From a virus, in IMG/VR virus record IMGVR_UViG_3300042309_002578, positions 32,001-96,000 of that record: DNA of 64,000 nucleotides; one strand, written 5' to 3'. The translations under genes were made by a program, and so were the position numbers. The notes under the pieces are model-generated. The model made no database searches and had not been told where the DNA came from. It worked only from the letters and a program-made list of their open reading frames with translations. Of this stretch, positions 29,497 to 40,877 are shown piece after piece; the stretch's first letter is position 1; each line of letters opens with the position of its first letter.

Positions 29497-31530
29497 TTGG
29501 AGAGAAGTGCAATGGTCAAGGTATCCATAGAGGACAGAATTTCTGGCAGCGAAAGCAACGCGCTCAAAGCGATGTCTTTGATGCCCTATGATTTAAAATT
29601 TTCCATCATAGTTGGATTATCAACATTAAGTCTTGTTGGGGCAATTATGTCTCATAAAGGAACTGCTGTTTCTACCACAAACTATATATTTTGTGGTAAG
29701 CAGATTGTTAACAAAAAAAATAGAGAAATTAAAACTTTCTGCGACAAATGGAAAAAGCCTTATGTTTTTAACGCTGAATTAACATCGGCAAAACTTCCAA
29801 AGGGAGCGAAAATAATTGAAGATACCCCAGCCACGTCCCCGCTACAGGGCTGGATTACCCTTGGTTCGGGACTAATGTTCGCTGGCGTTGCTGTGCTATC
29901 GAATAGCATAGCTGAGGACAGAAGAATTACAGACCCTCACAGACGAATTGGTGAAATGCGAGACTATGAATTGTCTCGCGGTGTTGCTGCCATTCAAGTC
30001 AAAGAAAAATCACAAGCACTCACCCAGGAAGTATTTACCGGTAGCGCGAACTCGCAGAATGTTTTGCCACCAGTTTCAGAGCAAGTCAACTTAAGCAGCG
30101 AAGAGGTGATCAGAAGACTATTTAGTTTATTTTCAAACAGAAAACTTGATGCTCAATACTATGGTTCTGTAAATGCACCAAGCTTCAATCGCATTAAAAT
30201 TGGCATTGGAAATGGCACAAAATATAGCGTTCTTGACAAGCTATCTAAGGATATTAAAATTGCCTGTGCATTGCGGATTGATCCGTTAATTTCTGCCCAG
30301 ACTGGCTATGTGGCCATAGATATTGCTAAATCTTCAGCAGATAGACGAATAATTCACTACGAAGATTATTCTCTGAAAATGGACAGAGAAAGGCTAACAT
30401 TTGCGATTGGGGTAGATATTGAATGCAAGCTTGTCGAGGTTGATATGTCTTCGCCAGACAGTGTTTGTCCAAGTTTTTTGATTGGCGGAACACCAAGATG
30501 TGGAAAATCTCAGCTTGTTATGAGCTTTGTAATATCCGTGATGGATCGATTTACACCAGAGCAAGTTCAATTTATAATTATTGACCCCAAGCAAGTAGAT
30601 TTTAGAATCTTTGAAAATTTGGCGTGGGTAAAAGAATATAAGTGCTTTGCCGAAGATGCAATAGAAGTTTTGAATGACTTACTCGAAGAATCTCAAGACA
30701 GATATTCAAAATTTGCCAAAGTCGGCGCACGAAATTTGGCAGAATATCAAGATATGGGATATAAAATGCCTCGGCTGGTTGTGATTTATGACGAGTACGC
30801 CGACCATGTTGGCGACAAGGAAAACAAAGCGACACTTGAGAAGGTGTTGCCCAGGATTGCAGCGATCGCATCAGCAGCAGGGATTCATTTAGTATTCTCA
30901 ACTCAACGCCCAGATAAGGATGTTGTGACCCCATTGATTAGATCAAACCTGCCCGGAAGGATAGCCCTCAGAACAAAAACAGCCGCCGATGGTGCAATTA
31001 TTATGGGTCGGGAATGTGCTGCGAATTATTTGCTTGGGCGTGGCGACTTGATTTACGATTCCCCAGAGGATGGATATGTTCGGTTGCAGTCACTTTTTGT
31101 TGGTGATATCAACAAAGTTAAGGAAATTGTTGCTGGACTTTCTGAAAAATACCCCAATAAAAATATTTTTTCAAGAACAAAAATTGCCGAAAAAATAGAC
31201 AGAGAAAAAGTGTATAACTCAAATGATATTATTGCCAGAACTAAAGCGGCTATGACAAATAAATCTCGAATAGGTGAGGGACTTTTAACAGTTACACAAG
31301 CGCAAACGGAGGAAGAGGTTTTAGTTGTCATCAGGCTGGCTTTACTAGAGGAGCAAAACCATGTTCTTTTGGTAATTAAATTGTGGGGAAATTTAAGTGA
31401 TTATCCGCCAGGAAATGCTAAATGTTTGATGGAGAAATATAGCAATTTACTGAAAGACTGCATAGTTGAAATAGAAAAACAAGGGTTTTCAAAATCAAAT
31501 AATTGGGGTTTTTCTGTAGAAAACATATAA
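29497..31530 (+). CDS. FtsK/SpoIIIE-family DNA translocase with N-terminal TM helices
   Basis: GGTPRCGKS, IIIDPK, VVIYDEYAD, STQRPD, LLGRGD. Confidence 0.9.
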   Translation: MERSAMVKVSIEDRISGSESNALKAMSLMPYDLKFSIIVGLSTLSLVGAIMSHKGTAVSTTNYIFCGKQIVNKKNREIKTFCDKWKKPYVFNAELTSAKLPKGAKIIEDTPATSPLQGWITLGSGLMFAGVAVLSNSIAEDRRITDPHRRIGEMRDYELSRGVAAIQVKEKSQALTQEVFTGSANSQNVLPPVSEQVNLSSEEVIRRLFSLFSNRKLDAQYYGSVNAPSFNRIKIGIGNGTKYSVLDKLSKDIKIACALRIDPLISAQTGYVAIDIAKSSADRRIIHYEDYSLKMDRERLTFAIGVDIECKLVEVDMSSPDSVCPSFLIGGTPRCGKSQLVMSFVISVMDRFTPEQVQFIIIDPKQVDFRIFENLAWVKEYKCFAEDAIEVLNDLLEESQDRYSKFAKVGARNLAEYQDMGYKMPRLVVIYDEYADHVGDKENKATLEKVLPRIAAIASAAGIHLVFSTQRPDKDVVTPLIRSNLPGRIALRTKTAADGAIIMGRECAANYLLGRGDLIYDSPEDGYVRLQSLFVGDINKVKEIVAGLSEKYPNKNIFSRTKIAEKIDREKVYNSNDIIARTKAAMTNKSRIGEGLLTVTQAQTEEEVLVVIRLALLEEQNHVLLVIKLWGNLSDYPPGNAKCLMEKYSNLLKDCIVEIEKQGFSKSNNWGFSVENI

Positions 31531-32959
31531 AAAGTTTCACCAAAAATATTGACTTTTTATATGTTTTTGGGTATTATATATACAGAAAAATAAAACACCA
31601 AATTCAATCAAAAAAGAAGCAAAATGGATACAAGTCAAAAAAGAAGCAAAATGGATACAAGATCGCAGCTAAAAAAAGACGTTTCTGGCTTCATAAAAGA
31701 AGTTGTAGGAGTTGATGACCAAGACTTTAGAGATAAAGTCTTGGATGTAATCTGGAATTGTCCATTCGATGGTTATGACATAACTGGCGAGGAAAACAAA
31801 AACATCAAAGACTTAAACGAGGAGTACATAAAACAGATTCCTAAAGAAGAACACAAGAGTTTTATTCCTCGACTAAAAATTCTTCACCCTAGGTACTACC
31901 TAACTCTAAGAATTTTTGTGAGAAGGTTTGAGGCAATAGTCAAAAATGAATTAAAACATTAATTGTGTCACACAGCAATGATAGTATAGCTAACGACTAT
32001 ACTATCATTTTAAAAGTGCAGTCGAAAATATGAGCAAGTTAGACATTTTTAGCTTCACAAAAGATGTTGTTTGTAATAAATCAAGGAAAAACAATGAGTA
32101 AGAATATTTTGACCCACAGGGAAGCAGCGCACGTTCTTTCAGATATGTTAATTGCATCTGGATTCAAAAAAGCCAACGTATGGGACAAAGAAAAAGATGA
32201 AACACAAATAAACATTAAAAATGGGTTTATAATAGTTTCTCCAAGAACGCGATCAAAGGGTCAGGTTCGTGTTTTTGGCGATGATATAGAAAATTTTAAA
32301 AAAGTCATTGAAGACTTTAATTTTCGTTTTACCGTAGTAGGGGTAGCGAAGAGAGAAATGGTTTTACAGCGAGGGCTAATCTATTAAATTGGATTAAAAA
32401 ACGGAGCGATCTCATTTTATTTTTTTGTGTGATCACTCTGTTTTTAGGCAGAATTAATATCAATAGATATGTTTATAAAATTGGGAGACTAGAAATGGAT
32501 AACACAGGTTTAAGTTGCAGAGGTGGGGACACTGCGGTAGTAATTACACCAGATTCAAAGGCTATAGAGAACAAGCGTTGTGGCGCGAAAATCTACACTC
32601 ACTGCGTAATTACAAAACACATTAATTTACCGGGTTGGGGCTGGTTCAAATGGTGTACTTCTCTTCTCTGGAAGAAGCTAAATATTGCGTAACAGAAGAA
32701 ATCCCCAAGAGCGAGGCTGCATAGGGATTTACAGATATTAAAATTGCAGAATGTAAAATGGTATCTCCATTTTAACTATAGTACCAAAATCAAAAGTGCT
32801 TAGTTGCACGTTTTTTAGTTTCCTCTTCTATCGTGGAGTAGTAAAACTGCTTGGGATAGAAGCAAATATTGTTTTTATCTGCGAATAATGATGCCCTTTT
32901 GGGCAGTTAAATATATGAAAGTAGCAGTTGTGATCTCCATTGACCGAAAAGACGGGACA

Positions 32960-33122
32960 CAAGCCCCGTCCTTCTAGGACGGCTTTATGTTAAAATTTGG
33001 TCATAGTCGCCTTATGGCATTGGGAGACTTTAAACGGACATGGAGGGACGATAAGACCACTTGTGGCGTGTTTCATTGAAGTGTCAAGAATCACCGCACC
33101 TTCAGATCGGTGAGTATGTCAA
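32960..33122 (+). mobile_element. Non-autonomous IS200/IS605-family miniature element
   Basis: Left hairpin AAGCCCCGTCC-TTCTA-GGACGGCTT; right end AAGAATCACCG...CGGTGAGTATGTCAA; no ORF. Confidence 0.75.
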
Positions 33123-33264
33123 GAGTCCCATATCGGAACTTCCTCAATATTTATAAGTGCTGCTTTGATTGTGTTTTGTGTTTTGTTCATTTTTTAAATC
33201 CTTGTAAATTCCGATAACAAAATAATCTTCGGTGATAGGTCGAGAATAGACCTATCACCAAAGA

Positions 33265-33654
33265 TTATTTTTGGTTGTGATAATCTTTTCCTGTCCAGTA
33301 GTGGTCTTTGTAAGTATCGAAGTATCTCCCTTCCATTTGAGAGAGGATGCTGTCCACTCTATCCTTAATTTCAGGAATACAATCTATTAGGGTATTGTAT
33401 GATTCTCCTCGTAATCCCGCAAAAGAGCCAGGAGCGCAGTTTCCATGTTGACAGTCAAGCATTTTTCCTTCGTCGTCCAGTGTGTGAATGTAAGCCCCAA
33501 CTCCTGGCGGATGCTTCCACTCTTGGACTTCCATACATACATAAATACTCTGAGGAAAATAGTGAAGTTTTCTCTCAACTTCAATAACCGATCTCTCTGG
33601 GGCAGCCGGAACAAATCCGTTCCAAAATCCAATGTTTAATTTTACTTGTGGCAT
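33265..33654 (-). CDS. Hypothetical protein
   Basis: Follows conserved minus-strand promoter at 33686-33714. Confidence 0.65.
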   Translation of the reverse strand: MPQVKLNIGFWNGFVPAAPERSVIEVERKLHYFPQSIYVCMEVQEWKHPPGVGAYIHTLDDEGKMLDCQHGNCAPGSFAGLRGESYNTLIDCIPEIKDRVDSILSQMEGRYFDTYKDHYWTGKDYHNQK

Positions 33655-33929
33655 ATCTGTTTTTTGCGTTTTTGTCTATGTGTCTATAATACTGCGGTTA
33701 ACGAACAAAGTCAACTCTGTTTTCAAATTATTTTGTTGCCACCCTGAATATCAGGGTGATGCACTTTCGCTAATGCTTTATACTCCTTTTTTAGATCTTC
33801 TCTCTATTGGCGCATTCACACCAAGAACCCTAAATGCCGTTTTGTAATCCATGTCTTTGTGTTATTTTTGCTTATTATATAGTACATCGGATAACACAAA
33901 AAATCAACTAAATTTCAAAAATTTATGTA

Positions 33930-34547
33930 CTACCAGTTTAAATCACTTGTGTTTATTCTGTCTGGCTTTCTTCTGCGAGTAAAATTTCTCGACAAAGAGC
34001 TTAATTCTGCGATTCTTATTAATTCCTCTATCTCTTCATCCAAGTATTCAATAAACTCAACTATTTTTATTAGCTTGATGCAAATGGTGTAGGTTTTATT
34101 CAACTCTTGAACCCTAACATCTATTAAAGATGTTAATCCGTCAACATCTTTAATTTTTTCTCGTAGCTCCTTTATTTCTTTGTCTTGGGAATTATTAATC
34201 CCATTCATGTCACGTCTTGCAGTATTTATAGCTTGATTTAGCTGCGTTTCTATCTCTTCCGCCCCCTTTATTCTTGTGTTTTTAATTGTCTGTATCCAAC
34301 TCCAAAAAATTATCGCAACTGAAGACATCGAAAAAAATGCTGTTGTAATAAATGACCCCGTGCGATCGTTAAAAATTGACGACAACAAAAACGGAACAGA
34401 TAAAGATGCTTCAACCAACCCAACAATTAATAACAAAGAAAGCAAAAGATCACCATTGTTTTTTTGCTTTCTGCTTTTACTTATTTTTTTAAGAGTGCTG
34501 CGATTATTCTTAAATATGCCGGCTCGTGTCATTTTCTTTTGCCTCAA
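33930..34547 (-). CDS. Membrane protein with coiled coil
   Basis: Two TM segments then a heptad-rich region; overlaps the FHA gene. Confidence 0.6.
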   Translation of the reverse strand: MRQKKMTRAGIFKNNRSTLKKISKSRKQKNNGDLLLSLLLIVGLVEASLSVPFLLSSIFNDRTGSFITTAFFSMSSVAIIFWSWIQTIKNTRIKGAEEIETQLNQAINTARRDMNGINNSQDKEIKELREKIKDVDGLTSLIDVRVQELNKTYTICIKLIKIVEFIEYLDEEIEELIRIAELSSLSRNFTRRRKPDRINTSDLNW

Positions 34548-34902
34548 AGCTATTGTTAAAAATTATGTTTGGATACTCCTGATGAGAAAATATAATGCAG
34601 TCTCCATTGGATAGCTTTGCATCACGAAAATCTAAATAAGTTTGTCCATTGATCATTGTCGGGTATTTTGGCAATATTATTTTCCCGTCTGTGCCAAAAT
34701 ACCCATCTAAAATGATCCAATCGAATATTACACTTTTGTGCGATCTATACCTGCGAATATCGCATTGTTTTCTGCTTATGGTTGGAATAGGCAAAACAAC
34801 GTCCCTGTCTTTTCTGCTGCCTATTGTAATTATTGATTTGTCCGTTATATCAAGTACGCTTTTCTGTGCGTTCGATATGTTTATTTCTAACCATACTTGC
34901 AT
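34510..34902 (-). CDS. FHA-domain protein (degenerate)
   Basis: ITIGSR..DVVLP..TISRKQC...TMING...LSNGDCI. Confidence 0.7.
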   Translation of the reverse strand: MQVWLEINISNAQKSVLDITDKSIITIGSRKDRDVVLPIPTISRKQCDIRRYRSHKSVIFDWIILDGYFGTDGKIILPKYPTMINGQTYLDFRDAKLSNGDCIIFSHQEYPNIIFNNSFEAKENDTSRHI

Positions 34903-35021
34903 ATTTCAATAACAAAATTTTTGTCCATATAAACTTTATCACACTTCTGTTGCTATTGTATAGTACAATTATCTAGTTGTTGGCACTAGGTGTCACAACC
35001 ATTTAAATATTGTGAGGTCTT

Positions 35022-35174
35022 ATGAAAATTAACCAAGATTTAGCAACAACTGTTGTTGGAACTGTCTCTTTGATTTTTGCAACATTGGGAGCTTTAGATT
35101 TTATCCCACTCCCAAACGCCTTATTTGCTTGTGGTGTATGCACACAAATAATTTCTTATTTCGTGAAAAAATAG
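35022..35174 (+). CDS. Small two-TM protein, holin-like candidate (50 aa)
   Basis: MKINQDLATTVVGTVSLIFATLGALDFIPLPNALFACGVCTQIISYFVKK; GAGG upstream; not in ORF track. Confidence 0.5.
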   Translation: MKINQDLATTVVGTVSLIFATLGALDFIPLPNALFACGVCTQIISYFVKK

Positions 35175-35177
35175 TCA

Positions 35178-36095
35178 TCAATTCCCTAGTGGAGTTTGAC
35201 TATAGTTTAAATAATCTTGCCCAGGCTTCAATTTTAAAGATGTTATCCCAGTTCCACCAACGATTTTTTTGCCATTGCTCTGAACAATTGACCCTAGGTT
35301 TGCTCCATTTGAATAAAAACTTGCGACACCAGTATTTTTGTCTACTTTAATTTCATAATTTCCGTTTTTAAATGGGGAAACAATCGAAGATTGATCAAGC
35401 CTTGGGAGCATTTTTACAATATATTCCTTCGCTGCTTTCATAATATCGTTTTGTTCTCTAACGGATAATGGTAGCGGGGGACTTCCTTTTTTGATATTGC
35501 TACTCACAACATCATTTCTTCTCTTTTGGTCAGATTGTTCTTGTTGAAATTTGGTAACTGGTTTCGGCACTTTTAATAAAGTCATCGACATCGTGATCTT
35601 TGCTGCCTCGCCACCCAAGGATGTGTCGCGGTTATATTTTACTTGCTGCATAACACAAGGTTCAAATCTTTCTGAACCCATTCTGAATGATAGAATTTTT
35701 GGCGCATAGATATTGTTCTCTGTCTCTGCTTTTGTTAGCGCGATCGCCCCTTCGATAATCGGTCGCAGCGATTTACCAAAATAATACGAAGAGAGAGTCA
35801 TATCACTAATTACCAGAGTCCCATCGTTACTGTGATTGAAGACTTGATTCGGTGTCTTGTTTGATAATGTAGGAATTTCTGTGTAATCTGCTGCGTATGG
35901 ACCAAAATCAACTTGGCAAGGATTCATTAAAAAAGTATAGACAACGCTCTCTTCTGCCCCTACGGTATTGTAATCAAGCAATACTGCCTCTATCTCCTCT
36001 TCTGCCTCATTCTTGGGTACGTCGGGCAAACTATCCCAAGCAGTTTTATTGTAGCCGTATGGCAAATAACTCAAAGAAACAACATTTTCTGGCAT
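35178..36095 (-). CDS. Tail tube-like/baseplate protein
   Basis: YTFLMNP...PKILSFRMG...PCVMQQVKY...AKITMSMTL resembles contractile-system tube-like domains. Confidence 0.55.
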   Translation of the reverse strand: MPENVVSLSYLPYGYNKTAWDSLPDVPKNEAEEEIEAVLLDYNTVGAEESVVYTFLMNPCQVDFGPYAADYTEIPTLSNKTPNQVFNHSNDGTLVISDMTLSSYYFGKSLRPIIEGAIALTKAETENNIYAPKILSFRMGSERFEPCVMQQVKYNRDTSLGGEAAKITMSMTLLKVPKPVTKFQQEQSDQKRRNDVVSSNIKKGSPPLPLSVREQNDIMKAAKEYIVKMLPRLDQSSIVSPFKNGNYEIKVDKNTGVASFYSNGANLGSIVQSNGKKIVGGTGITSLKLKPGQDYLNYSQTPLGN

Positions 36096-36195
36096 ATTTT
36101 CACAATATTAATTATGTCGTTGACAATATTGTATTTATATCGTATACTAAATACAGAGCAAAACATATACATAGTAACACAAAAAACGCACAAAA

Positions 36196-36696
36196 ATGAC
36201 CTCTTTATTTAGTAGAACAGCAGAGATTAACGTCAGCCTAGCAAAGAAGTTTGAGAAATGCGGATGGGCATCGGGAGTTTTTAACTTCCTGTGTTTAATT
36301 ATGTACTTCTGGAATGTTTATTCCAAGGCGAACATTATTTACCGATTCGCCGGTAGTTTTGTGGCGAGTGCCGTAATAATTGCCATTGAATTTGCTGCAA
36401 TGTCAATCATCTTTGACCCCTCGGTTTTGGATGATTTTATGGCGCAAACAAAGTCAGAAAACGAATTTAGCAAATTAGTGGGTGTGTTGTCTGTAATATT
36501 TTTAAGCTGTCTTGCCGCTGCGACCTTTTATTATGATTACACAATCAATATCGCTCAAATGCGGATGGGAAAAACCATTGACTCTCAGATATTGGCAGTA
36601 GTAATGGTTTTAATATCGGAAGTATTCTTTTGGACATCTGCCGTATTGTCTTCCGCTGCAAAAAATAACGCCGGCAACACCGGAAGCAGACGATAA
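36196..36696 (+). CDS. Multi-pass membrane protein
   Basis: Four hydrophobic segments. Confidence 0.65.
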   Translation: MTSLFSRTAEINVSLAKKFEKCGWASGVFNFLCLIMYFWNVYSKANIIYRFAGSFVASAVIIAIEFAAMSIIFDPSVLDDFMAQTKSENEFSKLVGVLSVIFLSCLAAATFYYDYTINIAQMRMGKTIDSQILAVVMVLISEVFFWTSAVLSSAAKNNAGNTGSRR

Positions 36697-37130
36697 TAAG
36701 TATAGTATCTTTATTTAAATAAAAATACTTGTCACACAAAAACAACAACATAGGAGCATTACAATGTCTTTGCCGCAGAAATTAAAACTAAATGGAATCG
36801 TTGTCTTTATGTCATTTATGTCAGCACTTATTGTCTTGGCGATAATAATACTTATGCTTGTACAACAAGGAATAGGTCTTGATGGTTTCATAATTATAAT
36901 TTTTTGTGCGATAGTTATTTTTATGTTGGTGACTCGCCCTAGAACAAAATGATAGAAGAAATAAACCAAAAAACAATAAACGCACTGTTTTTCTTTGTCT
37001 TGTTTGTTTTGACTCTCTTTTTCTTGGTAGGGGCGACAGCAAAAATATCTGGAATCATTGCACTATATAGCAATTAAATTAAAAAAATATCAAGACAATA
37101 TCACATAAATTGTCTTGATATTTTTTTAAT

Positions 37131-38027
37131 TTGTGTATTATAATTTTTAATAAGGCAAGTATATTGATGGAGCTTATTATGTCAGTCTTGGGCAACAAAG
37201 ATTTAGGTCAGAACAATTTTTTTCAAGCCGTTGGTGTTATATCTGGGGACGTTCAATTTGAGTCCACTAGTGCCTCTATAAAAATAGGGAATAATAAATA
37301 TAAATTATGTTTCAGTAAAGTTGGAATGTTCCAGCAACTTAAAAAAGCAGCAAAATCCAATAACATCAAGAGATTGGTTGTCTACCCAATATTGACACAT
37401 TTCCCAGGACAGACAGCGCACAAAATAAGCTTTGATGTTATTGGATTTAGAGGCTCTAAGGAAAACAGCAACACAACTGATTTAGACAAGAGACTAGACG
37501 ATCTGGAGTTTAAAATCTGTGGGATTTGGCAATATATACCTGTGTGCAAAACCCCATGTATTTCTGTTTTTAGAAATTTCACAGATAACCTTGTCGCCAC
37601 TCTTGGTAAATGCACAGCAATAGAGAAGGCTTTGTTAACAAAAACAAATCATGTACCAGTAAATGTATATGGCAGCAATTTGAGTTTTTTACCTAAAGCC
37701 TATCGTTTTATAAAGCCAAGAGAAGGAGAAAAACAAAATGTCTATAGCCCATTTTTCGTATCAACAAAAGTAAGGTTTGATCCACAAAATGATGGATTTA
37801 CGTTTGTTGAGCTTTTGTGTCCACCAAGCACTAAAAGTCCCAAATATATAAAACTCCAGAAAGAGGAAAAGGCTGCGGCAGCAAAAGCAAGGCTTGAGAA
37901 AAAACGCGAAACTAGCACAGATACCGCAAAAACAGATGTTGTTTTTGCGCCTCCAATAAAGCCACGAAAAAAAGCGTATACATCACCACAAAAACCAATA
38001 CTCAAAAAACATCTTAATGTATGTTAG
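37131..38027 (+). CDS. Hypothetical protein
   Basis: 298-aa ORF with basic C-terminal tail. Confidence 0.65.
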   Translation: MCIIIFNKASILMELIMSVLGNKDLGQNNFFQAVGVISGDVQFESTSASIKIGNNKYKLCFSKVGMFQQLKKAAKSNNIKRLVVYPILTHFPGQTAHKISFDVIGFRGSKENSNTTDLDKRLDDLEFKICGIWQYIPVCKTPCISVFRNFTDNLVATLGKCTAIEKALLTKTNHVPVNVYGSNLSFLPKAYRFIKPREGEKQNVYSPFFVSTKVRFDPQNDGFTFVELLCPPSTKSPKYIKLQKEEKAAAAKARLEKKRETSTDTAKTDVVFAPPIKPRKKAYTSPQKPILKKHLNVC

Positions 38028-38066
38028 AGTATTTTTGAGATTCCGTTGTGTGCGCCTATTTTTTGG

Positions 38067-38310
38067 GCATTTAAAGGGCGTTCTAGTTTCTACCTCAGAA
38101 AAGAATTTCCCCAATTAAAAAAACTACCGTCTCTTTGGACAAGTAGTTATTTTGTAAGCACCGCAGGGAATGTTAGTGGTGAATCGGTGAGGAAATATAT
38201 TGAAGATCCGCATCACGGATAATACAGAAAATACCACAGCGGTTAAAACCGCTCGCGCCGCTTCCCTCTCAGGTCTAAAGACGCTGAGTTTCCCACTTAC
38301 CGTGAGGTGT
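38067..38310 (+). mobile_element. tnpA: IS200 TnpA 3' fragment with element end
   Basis: AFKGRSSFYLRKEFPQLKKLPSLWTSSYFVSTAGNVSGESVRKYIEDPHHG* (38067-38221) with the catalytic Tyr helix, followed by hairpin CTCAGGTCTAAAGACGCTGAG. Confidence 0.85.
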
Positions 38311-38408
38311 ATGAGTGACAAACCAATGGGGTGAATCGTACCTACCAAAATCATGGTGCTTCGTGGTTGGTTTTGATTCTGGTACGGGGAAATCTAAAGT
38401 CACTCGGT

Positions 38409-39056
38409 TCATCTGCTCCTAATTCTTGCTGGCGAATATGTGGTTTTGTCTTTTGCATATTCTCTGATTGCTTCGCAATATCTCACAGCCGATTTAGGGC
38501 TGTGAGAATAAATAAGTTTCATCTGGTGAATTTGTCCGGCGGACAGTCCTTGAAATTGTGACAAAATTTCATTAATCCCAATCTTGGCTTTTTTCCCCTT
38601 CAAAACGTCGTTTCCAGGGGTCCATGTTGGTTCTACGGGTTGTTTATCACTAACAAAATTTATCAGCGATTTAGTTGGTGTAGATGCCGGTGATGGCAGT
38701 AATGGCACTGAAGTCCGTGCGTTAAAATACTTATAATCAATTTTCAGTAGCTCTCTCCTGCGTCGTCTAGCAGTTGAAACGGAAACTCCCAGCTTTTCCG
38801 CTGCTTGGCGAGGACACCCTTGTAAACAAACCTCTTTTTCCCCTTCTGCGAGGGTTTTACGCTGCTTCAGTTTCTTCGGAGAAACGCCAAGAATTTTGCA
38901 CCTATGGTCTATTTGGGTCCTAGACGCTTTAAGCACTTCCTGCAACTCTGGATAAGTTGAGTCATTCCCGAAAGAAAGTAAATAATTGTCCTCTTCTTGA
39001 GTCCATTTCTTGTAGCCTGTTTTGTCTTTTAGTTGTTTCACACTCTTCCCCTCCAT
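38409..39056 (-). CDS. HTH/Myb-like DNA-binding protein
   Basis: KKWTQEEDNYL and RQAAEKLGVSVSTARRRR. Confidence 0.65.
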   Translation of the reverse strand: MEGKSVKQLKDKTGYKKWTQEEDNYLLSFGNDSTYPELQEVLKASRTQIDHRCKILGVSPKKLKQRKTLAEGEKEVCLQGCPRQAAEKLGVSVSTARRRRRELLKIDYKYFNARTSVPLLPSPASTPTKSLINFVSDKQPVEPTWTPGNDVLKGKKAKIGINEILSQFQGLSAGQIHQMKLIYSHSPKSAVRYCEAIREYAKDKTTYSPARIRSR

Positions 39057-40157
39057 TCTTTGTTTGTGATAATGAATTCAAGAATGTTATGTTTTTGAAT
39101 TATTTCTTTGGCGAAGAACGGCTGGGGATGTGTGGATTCATCTAAATCTATGTAATAAAGCCACTCGTTTAATGATTTGCACTTTTTGAGTCCGGTGCAA
39201 ATTCCCCATCCTCTGGTCGTTAATAATCTGTCACCAAACCAGTATTTGGGTTCTGTTGTGGAGCGGGGGATTTGTAGCTCTTGTGGGATTAGTCTTAGGG
39301 GTGGAATGCTAGTTTGCATGGTATTTTACGTTTAATTTGTTTCCTTTACTCTAATTGCCTGATGCAAATAGATATTGCACTTAGCGAAGCTGAATTTCGT
39401 TGTTTAACATTGTTTTGGCAATAGCGATCGCCTCGTCTTCCGACTTAAATCCAGGATGGCTATCCTGATCAATGTCGACACTGTGATAACAGTTATAGAA
39501 AGGCATAATTTATCTCTTATTAAGGTAAAATCGATTGTCTATTGAGAATAGAGTCATTAATTGACCAAATTTGGTATCACCAATACCAATGCACAACTTG
39601 GACCAATCCTCAAAATCTTAACATTCAACACTCCTGCATTCTTAGATATATCTTTCATTAGTTACTCATTATCTCGAATGCCACAATACGGTGGGTATTC
39701 CTGCATTTGTTCGGCAGCGCCCGAATACCATCCGTCCATATATTGGGTAATCCACTCACTTGCCCAATGAGGTGGAAGCCACGCTTTCGCGTCGTTAAAT
39801 CCTTGCTCAAATAAACTCCCTGGCAGTTGTTTAACTGCCTCTTGAGAGAGAATAAAGGCAGCCTCCAACCTTTGAGTAACTCCAATAGGATATTGCCCCT
39901 CAGCATTAAGTTTTTCCAAAGCTTCTATTACTTAAACCTCTGTGTATCGCCCTTCAAAGTAATGAATTAATTCTGGTAAGGTAAACATACATTATCCTCA
40001 ATTAACATTTTTGTAAATCGTTCTTGTTCCTTTTGCGTCATGATCTTGGCAATAAAAACTTTTATTAGCCCGTCTTTTAGCAGCATCAATATCAAATTTA
40101 TATTTTACTGCAAAACTTTGGAGTTTCATTGGCAACCAGGTGGTGATCTCTCTCTCG

Positions 40158-40299
40158 TGCTGGTTGGCAGCACAGTATTTTCAGCTGGTCCGCATTTGCA
40201 CTGGGAAACATATAGAGGGAGTTGGGGCAAACCCTAATAAAACCCAGCGACATTGGGTACAGTTTGCCCAGACCAACTGGACCAGCTTACGGCGCGTGA
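40158..40299 (+). pseudogene. Inverted, diverged duplicate of the 3' end of the 1249-aa tail hydrolase gene
   Basis: Aligns to the reverse complement of 42700-42842 (LVGST..GPHLHWETYRG..TLIKPSDIGY) with a 1-nt deletion. Confidence 0.9.
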
Positions 40300-40877
40300 A
40301 CAAATTATTTTTATATTACAACCGTGTTACAAGAATTTTAGATATAGGTGCGTACTTGCACAACATATTGATTAAACCCAAAAATAAAGTTGGGAAGACG
40401 ATCACTCTTTATAAGGAAACTGCCATTTTTTCTTTGCATCTTCCCTTTACTTTTGACACACCTTGTGTTATACTCCGCTTTCGGTTTCATCACGAGAGAA
40501 TGAGGGTTTGCGGCGTGTTACAAGATTGGGTTTTGGCGGTATTAGACCAAGCCGAAAACAAATGTCCGTTTGGCAGTTTTGGGGGACGGCTGCGGGGGAA
40601 TATTGCCAAAAACTGAAACCCTTGCTACGTGGGGATTGCAATATGTTTTTGCCACCAAAGTTAGAGCAGACTTTGGGCTTTTAGCCGGTGGCACGGGCGT
40701 TAACGAGGTGTTGGTACAAATGTCCGTTTTATGATTTTGGGGATGGCTGCGGGGGAATATTGCTAAAAACACAAAACCATTGCTGTGTGGGGATTGCAAT
40801 ATGTTTTTGCCACCAAAGTTAGAGCAGACTTTGGGCTTTTAGCCGGTGGCACGGGCGTTAACGAGGTGTTGGTACAA
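40300..40877. repeat. Repeat-array element copy D (inverted orientation)
   Basis: Reverse-complement leader 40300-40570; CAATATG anchors at 40639 and 40797. Confidence 0.92.

Noticed and set aside
40158-40299. Diversity-generating retroelement template/variable repeat pair with 42700-42842
   Set aside because: Mismatches are not adenine-specific, include an indel, and no reverse transcriptase is present in the window.
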